Source of the DNA: Nanopusillaceae archaeon
GTDB taxonomy: Archaea > Nanobdellota > Nanobdellia > Nanobdellales > Nanobdellaceae
DNA: 32,000 bases
NCBI GenBank assembly: GCA_038735675.1
Contig: JAVYNJ010000001.1
Coordinates: 16,408-48,407 of the forward strand
Direction: 5' to 3'
Translations under genes and position numbers: made by a program
Notes under the pieces: generated by a model
What the model was told of the DNA's origin: nothing
What the model saw: only the letters and a program-made list of their open reading frames with translations
The model's database searches: none
Shown here: positions 27,605 to 32,000 of the stretch, piece after piece
Position numbering within the stretch: the stretch's first letter is position 1
Layout: each line of letters starts with the position of its first letter

Positions 27605-28032
27605 TGGCTAATGGTTTATTTGCTGCAAAAAAATTAAGAATTAAAAGAAAAAAGTTTAGATGGAGTAAGAAGGAATGGAAAAAGAGAATGCTTAGATTAA
27701 AAGAAAAATACGATCCTTTAGAAGGTGCTCCAATGGCGTCAGGAATTGTATTAGAGAAGGTACAAATAGAAAAAAGACAGCCCTATTCCGGTATGATAAA
27801 ATGTGTAAAAGTTCAATTAAAGAAAAATGGAAAAATAGTTACGGCATTTGCTCCGAGAGATAAAGCTATAAAATATATTGATGAGCATGACGAAGTTTTA
27901 ATAGTTGGAATTGGAGGTCCAAAAGGAAGAACAATAGGTTCTATACCAGGAGTAAGATACAAGGTAGTTCTTGTTAATAATCAGCCGTTAGAATTATTAA
28001 GATTAGGTAAAATAGAAAAAGCTAGAAGGTAA
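27604..28032 (+). CDS. rps12: Ribosomal protein S12 (uS12), divergent in the PNSA loop
   Basis: 142 aa. [13 protein letters not shown]...[21 protein letters not shown]...[14 protein letters not shown]...IPGVRYKVV is collinear with archaeal/eukaryotic uS12. A TAATG overlap joins it to rpl30e. Confidence 0.9.
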   Translation: MANGLFAAKKLRIKRKKFRWSKKEWKKRMLRLKEKYDPLEGAPMASGIVLEKVQIEKRQPYSGMIKCVKVQLKKNGKIVTAFAPRDKAIKYIDEHDEVLIVGIGGPKGRTIGSIPGVRYKVVLVNNQPLELLRLGKIEKARR

Positions 28033-28036
28033 CCCC

Positions 28037-28048
28037 TTTTTTATTTTT
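28037..28048 (+). terminator. Oligo-T tract (TTTTTTATTTTT) after rps12, candidate archaeal terminator
   Basis: Two T-runs start 5 nt after the rps12 stop and are preceded by CCCC. Archaeal RNAP terminates at oligo-T. The AT-rich background lowers specificity. Confidence 0.3.
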
Positions 28049-28107
28049 ACCTACTTATAGTAAAGAATATACATAGAAAATAAAAACTTTATTTTAATTA
28101 ATATTTA

Positions 28108-28875
28108 ATGGAGGAAGTAGAACTATTCAGTATTTCTCTTTTACGGTCTTTTGCAGAGTTTGCAATTTTGATAGCAATAGGAGCAATAGTAGCTTTTTTG
28201 ATTGGAAGATTAGTGAATTTAATCTTTGATAGAACAATAGAAAAAGCTATAGATAAAACAGGTTTGGGAAAGGAATTAAGAGCAATAGGATTAGATTTTT
28301 CAGATGTAATGGGCATTTTTGTTGGAGCAATAATATTTCTGTTATTCTTGCAATTAGGATTGTTTAAATTGCCGACACTGGGTGGATTATGGCAATTATT
28401 ATTACTAGGTGTTGGATATGCAATAAATATTGTAATAGCATTAGCATTTATAACAGCAGGTTTATTATTCGTCGTGTGGTTTATTGAATATGTAGAAAAA
28501 TTCGTGAAAAGGTATAGAGAGGATATTTCTATTTTGGTAAAAATGGTATTGGGAGTAGGTTTATTATGGAGTGTAATAGCTTTTGCTCTACAAATTTTAG
28601 GATTACAATATACAGTATTTCAAGATTTGTTATTAGGTTTTGTTATAATGTCTTTTGGAACTATTGTAATTGATTTGATATTTTCCAAGATAGAAGAAGC
28701 AGAAAATCTAAAGCCATATATGATGTACTTCCTATATTCAATATTTGTATTAATTGCTATTAGTGCAATATTCAGAGTTTACATAACAGAAAGCATATTA
28801 AATATCTTTGCTTATGGTTTTGTAGCCTTATTTATATTGGCACTGTTACCATCAGTAATCAAGGCAGTAAAATAG
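28108..28875 (+). CDS. Hypothetical multi-pass membrane protein inserted between rps12 and rps7
   Basis: 255 aa with about 6-7 TM helices. The N-terminal segment IAIGAIVAFLIGRLVNLIFDRTIEKAIDKTGLGKELRAIGLD is reminiscent of the conserved-TM-helix repeat found at MscS-like N-termini. The family is not established. Confidence 0.5.
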   Translation: MEEVELFSISLLRSFAEFAILIAIGAIVAFLIGRLVNLIFDRTIEKAIDKTGLGKELRAIGLDFSDVMGIFVGAIIFLLFLQLGLFKLPTLGGLWQLLLLGVGYAINIVIALAFITAGLLFVVWFIEYVEKFVKRYREDISILVKMVLGVGLLWSVIAFALQILGLQYTVFQDLLLGFVIMSFGTIVIDLIFSKIEEAENLKPYMMYFLYSIFVLIAISAIFRVYITESILNIFAYGFVALFILALLPSVIKAVK

Positions 28876-28916
28876 GCTCACTAATTTTTAAATTTTTTAT
28901 AAATAAATTTTTCTAG

Positions 28917-29519
28917 ATGATAGACCTAAAAGATATTATGTTTTTTGGAAGATGGAAGTATGATATTGAAATAGAAGATGAAAGTTTAAAGCAAGCAATG
29001 AATTTGAAACCATATATAATTCCAAAGACTAATGGTAGGCATCAAAAAAAGAGATTTGGAGTTTTTAATATACCAATAATTGAAAGATTAATAGGAAGAT
29101 TGATGACACCTGGCCATATGGGAAAGAAGCATAAATTTACATCCTATAGAGCATCCGGAAAATATTATAAATGTCTAAAAATTGTTTTAAGAGCTTTTGA
29201 AATTATAGAAAAAGAAACTAAACAAAATCCGATAAAAGTTTTGGTTAAAGCTATAGAAAATGCTGCTCCAAGAGAAGAAATAACAACCATAGAAATGGGT
29301 GGTGCTAGATATCCTAAAGCTGTGGATATTTCTCCTAAAAGAAGAGTAGATTTAGCAATAAGATTTATTGTTCAAGGAGCATATCATAGATCTAGAAATA
29401 AAGGCAAAATGTATGAAGCTTTAGCTAAAGAAATAATTGCTGCATATAAAAATTCAGTAGAATCTTTTGCAATAAATAAAAAATTAGAATTAGAAAGATT
29501 AGCTTCTTCTTCTAGATGA
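28917..29519 (+). CDS. rps7: Ribosomal protein S7 (uS7)
   Basis: 200 aa. NPIKVLVKAIENAAPREEITTIEMGGARYPKAVDISPKRRVDLAIRFIVQGA matches the archaeal uS7 core. Confidence 0.9.
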   Translation: MIDLKDIMFFGRWKYDIEIEDESLKQAMNLKPYIIPKTNGRHQKKRFGVFNIPIIERLIGRLMTPGHMGKKHKFTSYRASGKYYKCLKIVLRAFEIIEKETKQNPIKVLVKAIENAAPREEITTIEMGGARYPKAVDISPKRRVDLAIRFIVQGAYHRSRNKGKMYEALAKEIIAAYKNSVESFAINKKLELERLASSSR

Positions 29520-30388
29520 TAAGAAAAGCTATAGCAAAGGGTTTTTATTTTTTTAAAAAAGATTTTTTGGAAAAAGATATAGAGAATTGTTTTTTAGATC
29601 CTTTTGGACCGAGATACATTCCTAAAAATATAAAGAAAAGTAAAAATTTAGTTGCTGGAATAGTACCTCATGCTGGATATGTCTATTCTGGCCCCGCAGC
29701 CGCATTTTTATATAAAGAATTATATGAAAATTGGGATTTTGATACAATAGTTATAATAGGAACAAATCATACGGGTTATGGTAGTGAATATTCATCTTTG
29801 GTTAGTATGGATTGGGAAACTCCCTTAGGAATTGTTAAAACGGATAAAGAATTTGGTAAAGAACTTATAAATACTTTTGATGTTTTTGAAGATGAATTAG
29901 CCCATTTATACGAACATTCTATAGAAGTTCAATTACCTTTTTTGCAATATTTTTTTAAGGATAATTTTAAAATAGTCCCAATAGTTGTTAGGGATGAAAA
30001 TTTAGATAGAATAAGAAAATTTGTTAAAGTTTTAGATGATATAGCTAAAAAACTTAATAGAAAAATATTTGTTTTAATATCTTCAGATTTTACGCATCAT
30101 GGTAAGTACTATGATTACTATATTTTTGAGGAAAATATTTCTGAAAATGTTAGAAAGCTAGATATGAAATATATAGAAAAAATTCTTTCTCTGGATTCAG
30201 AAGGATTTTTAAAGACAATTTATGAAAATAAAGGTACAGTTTGTGGATATTCACCAATACTTATATTTATAGAATATACTAAACTTAAAAATGGTAAAGT
30301 AGAGCTTTTGAAATATTATAATTCTGGAGAAAAAACTGGAGAAGAAGATTTTGTAGTTGGTTACGCTTCTATAATATCTTATTTATAA
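29516..30388 (+). CDS. MEMO1-family protein (AmmeMemoRadiSam system protein B)
   Basis: 290 aa. It has VPHAGYVYSGPAAA, GTNHTG, EHSIEVQLPFLQY, SSDFTHHG and GTVCGYSPI, the Memo metal-site pattern. An ATGA overlap joins it to rps7. Confidence 0.8.
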   Translation: MIRKAIAKGFYFFKKDFLEKDIENCFLDPFGPRYIPKNIKKSKNLVAGIVPHAGYVYSGPAAAFLYKELYENWDFDTIVIIGTNHTGYGSEYSSLVSMDWETPLGIVKTDKEFGKELINTFDVFEDELAHLYEHSIEVQLPFLQYFFKDNFKIVPIVVRDENLDRIRKFVKVLDDIAKKLNRKIFVLISSDFTHHGKYYDYYIFEENISENVRKLDMKYIEKILSLDSEGFLKTIYENKGTVCGYSPILIFIEYTKLKNGKVELLKYYNSGEKTGEEDFVVGYASIISYL

Positions 30389-30979
30389 TATTACTTCTTC
30401 TATTTCTCCTTCTGGAGATTTTTCCTTAAATATTTGTGAAGTAAATTTGTATATTTTTACTGGCATAGTTAGCCAAGCATTTGGAGGTAAACCAGCTTTT
30501 ATACAAGTATAATTAAGGAATTCAATTTCATTCCATTTTTCTTCAACTGGAACTTCCGGCAATAATAATCCACTAAACATTCCATATTTAACTATTAATC
30601 CATCTCTTCCAATTTTTATATTTTTTACATAATCTTCAGGATTATCTACTTTAATTAATTCAGGTTCACTTAAAATGTTAATTTCTATTATTACTTCTTT
30701 TAATTCTTCTAATTTTAGAGGTTCAAATCTTGGATCTTCTGTAGCTGCAGAAATAGCAGATAAAACTAAAGCTTTCCATAAAGGATATATAGGATAAGGG
30801 AAACCGATACATCCTCTCAGTTCATTATTTTTATATTTTTTTATAGTAGTAAATATGCCTCTTTTTTCACTATATTTTTTTATTTCTTCTGGAAATATAG
30901 TTTTTCCAGTTTTTAAATAATTTTCGATTACTTTTCTAGCAGTTTTAACAAATATTTTTCCATCTTCTAAACTATACAT
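30383..30979 (-). CDS. AMMECR1-domain protein (AmmeMemoRadiSam system protein A)
   Basis: 198 aa. It has the signature LRGCIGFPYPIYPLWKALVLSAISAATEDPRFEPL and a later GLLLPEVPVE. Confidence 0.85.
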   Translation of the reverse strand: MYSLEDGKIFVKTARKVIENYLKTGKTIFPEEIKKYSEKRGIFTTIKKYKNNELRGCIGFPYPIYPLWKALVLSAISAATEDPRFEPLKLEELKEVIIEINILSEPELIKVDNPEDYVKNIKIGRDGLIVKYGMFSGLLLPEVPVEEKWNEIEFLNYTCIKAGLPPNAWLTMPVKIYKFTSQIFKEKSPEGEIEEVIL

Positions 30980-31010
30980 ACTTTTTAAATGTAAAAATTA
31001 TTTATAAAGT

Positions 31011-31466
31011 ATGGTTTGGTTTGTTGGAAGAAAAAGAAGAAGATGGGATATAGACGATATATTTGATTATATAGATATGCAAATATTTAGGATGTTTGAT
31101 ATATTTAGAAAAGGATTCAAAGATTTTTGGTATGAGGGATATCCAGAATTTTTAGGAGAATATAATTTAATTGAAGATGAAGATAGATATATAATAGAAA
31201 TTGGATTGCCAGGTGTTGATAAAAAGGATATAGATATAGAAGTAAGAGATAGCCATTTAATAATATCTGTCAGAAAAAAGGCTAAAGAAGAAAGAAAAGA
31301 AGAAGGATTTTATATTAGCAAGAGATATTATTCTGGTTTTAGAAAAGTAATTCCGCTTCCTCCGGATGCAGATACAGATAAAATTAAAGCAAAGTACGAA
31401 AACGGAATATTAAGGATTGAAATAGAAAGAATTCCGTCTGGAGGAAAGAAAATAAATTTGGATTAA
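31011..31466 (+). CDS. Small heat-shock protein, Hsp20/alpha-crystallin family
   Basis: The alpha-crystallin domain is present: YIIEIGLPGVDKKDIDIEVRDSHLIISVRKK...FRKVIPLPPDADTDKIKAKYENGILRIEIER. The start could instead be Met23 (31077). Confidence 0.85.
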   Translation: MVWFVGRKRRRWDIDDIFDYIDMQIFRMFDIFRKGFKDFWYEGYPEFLGEYNLIEDEDRYIIEIGLPGVDKKDIDIEVRDSHLIISVRKKAKEERKEEGFYISKRYYSGFRKVIPLPPDADTDKIKAKYENGILRIEIERIPSGGKKINLD

Positions 31467-31482
31467 TTTTTTTTATTTTTTT

Positions 31483-32000
31483 ATGATTATAGATGATATC
31501 TTAAATGGAGCAATAAATCGTATCAAAAAAATAAAAGATAAAAATTATAAAATTCAATCTTTAAGGAGGTATGATTCTTTAAGAGATTATTTAGATTATA
31601 AAATTTTAGAGTTAATTAATCTATTTCCGAAAAAAAATACAAATAAATTTTATTTAGAGCTTTTAGATCTATATATTCCTATTGAAAAAGTTTTTGAGAC
31701 AAAAAGAAGATTAATTTTCATAAGAAAAAAAATTAATGAATTTTATAGAGATTACAAGTTAAAAGTAAAAGTATATAAAAATAAAGAAGACATTAAAAAA
31801 GTAAATAAAGAATTTTATGGAAGAGTATTTAGTTTATTAAAAAGAAACAAAAAATATTTCAATATTGTAGAAGCAATTAAAGAATTTTATAGAAACATGC
31901 CAAGAATAAAAGATTTGCCAACAGTTGTTATTACTGGATTACCAAATGTTGGAAAAAGTACTCTATTAAAAAAATTAACTGGTTCTGAGCCAGAAATAAG
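31483..32000 (+). CDS. NOG1-type (COG1084) GTP-binding protein, 5' partial (runs off the window)
   Basis: Hand translation from the ATG at 31483 is open to the window edge. It gives an N-terminal helical region followed by the P-loop PTVVITGLPNVGKSTLLKKLTGSEPEI, typical of archaeal NOG1/Obg-like GTPases. The ORF is absent from the supplied track because it is open-ended. Confidence 0.7.
   Translation, partial: MIIDDILNGAINRIKKIKDKNYKIQSLRRYDSLRDYLDYKILELINLFPKKNTNKFYLELLDLYIPIEKVFETKRRLIFIRKKINEFYRDYKLKVKVYKNKEDIKKVNKEFYGRVFSLLKRNKKYFNIVEAIKEFYRNMPRIKDLPTVVITGLPNVGKSTLLKKLTGSEPEI

Noticed and set aside
28098-28316. 72-aa minus-strand ORF overlapping the start of the 255-aa membrane protein gene.
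   Set aside because: The plus-strand ORF is 3.5 times longer with coherent TM-helix periodicity, so the minus-strand ORF is most simply its shadow.

Overview
This is a very AT-rich, tightly packed archaeal chromosomal segment. Intergenic gaps are mostly under 70 bp, and there are many ATGA or TAATG start/stop overlaps. The only strongly GC-rich stretches are two tRNA genes, a contrast typical of a hyperthermophile with a reduced genome. Several traits fit a Nanoarchaeota/DPANN-like symbiont: split rpoB (B''/B'), split rpoA (A'/A''), short proteins and eroded operon synteny. That lineage call is inference only.

Left to right, the window contains:
- tRNA-Pro and tRNA-Thr.
- A roughly 7 kb glycogen-metabolism island: an amylo-1,6-glucosidase-type debranching enzyme, an archaeal-type glycogen-synthase-like GT-B transferase, a GH57 hydrolase, a small unknown protein, a ParA/MinD ATPase, a eukaryote-type GT3 glycogen synthase and a membrane protein.
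- A TFB-Pop5-PsmA-SBDS operon.
- Membrane proteins, LonB and ThrRS.
- S24e and S27ae, then a DUF192-like ORF.
- Family-4 UDG, agmatinase, an HtpX-like protease, DUF371 and an ATP-grasp ligase.
- The rpoH-B''-B'-A'-A''-L30e-S12 cluster, an inserted membrane protein, and S7.
- A convergent Memo/AMMECR1 pair, Hsp20, and the 5' part of a NOG1-type GTPase.

No CRISPR array, transposase, integrase or rRNA was seen.

The most interesting items are:
- The small-protein + ParA-like ATPase pair, translationally coupled to a GT3 glycogen synthase inside the glycogen island.
- Two different glycogen-synthase families side by side.
- tRNA packing that requires 5' processing, together with a minimal Pop5 candidate.
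- A uS12 protein that lacks the universal PNSA motif.
- Several breaks in the conserved RNAP/ribosomal-protein operon.
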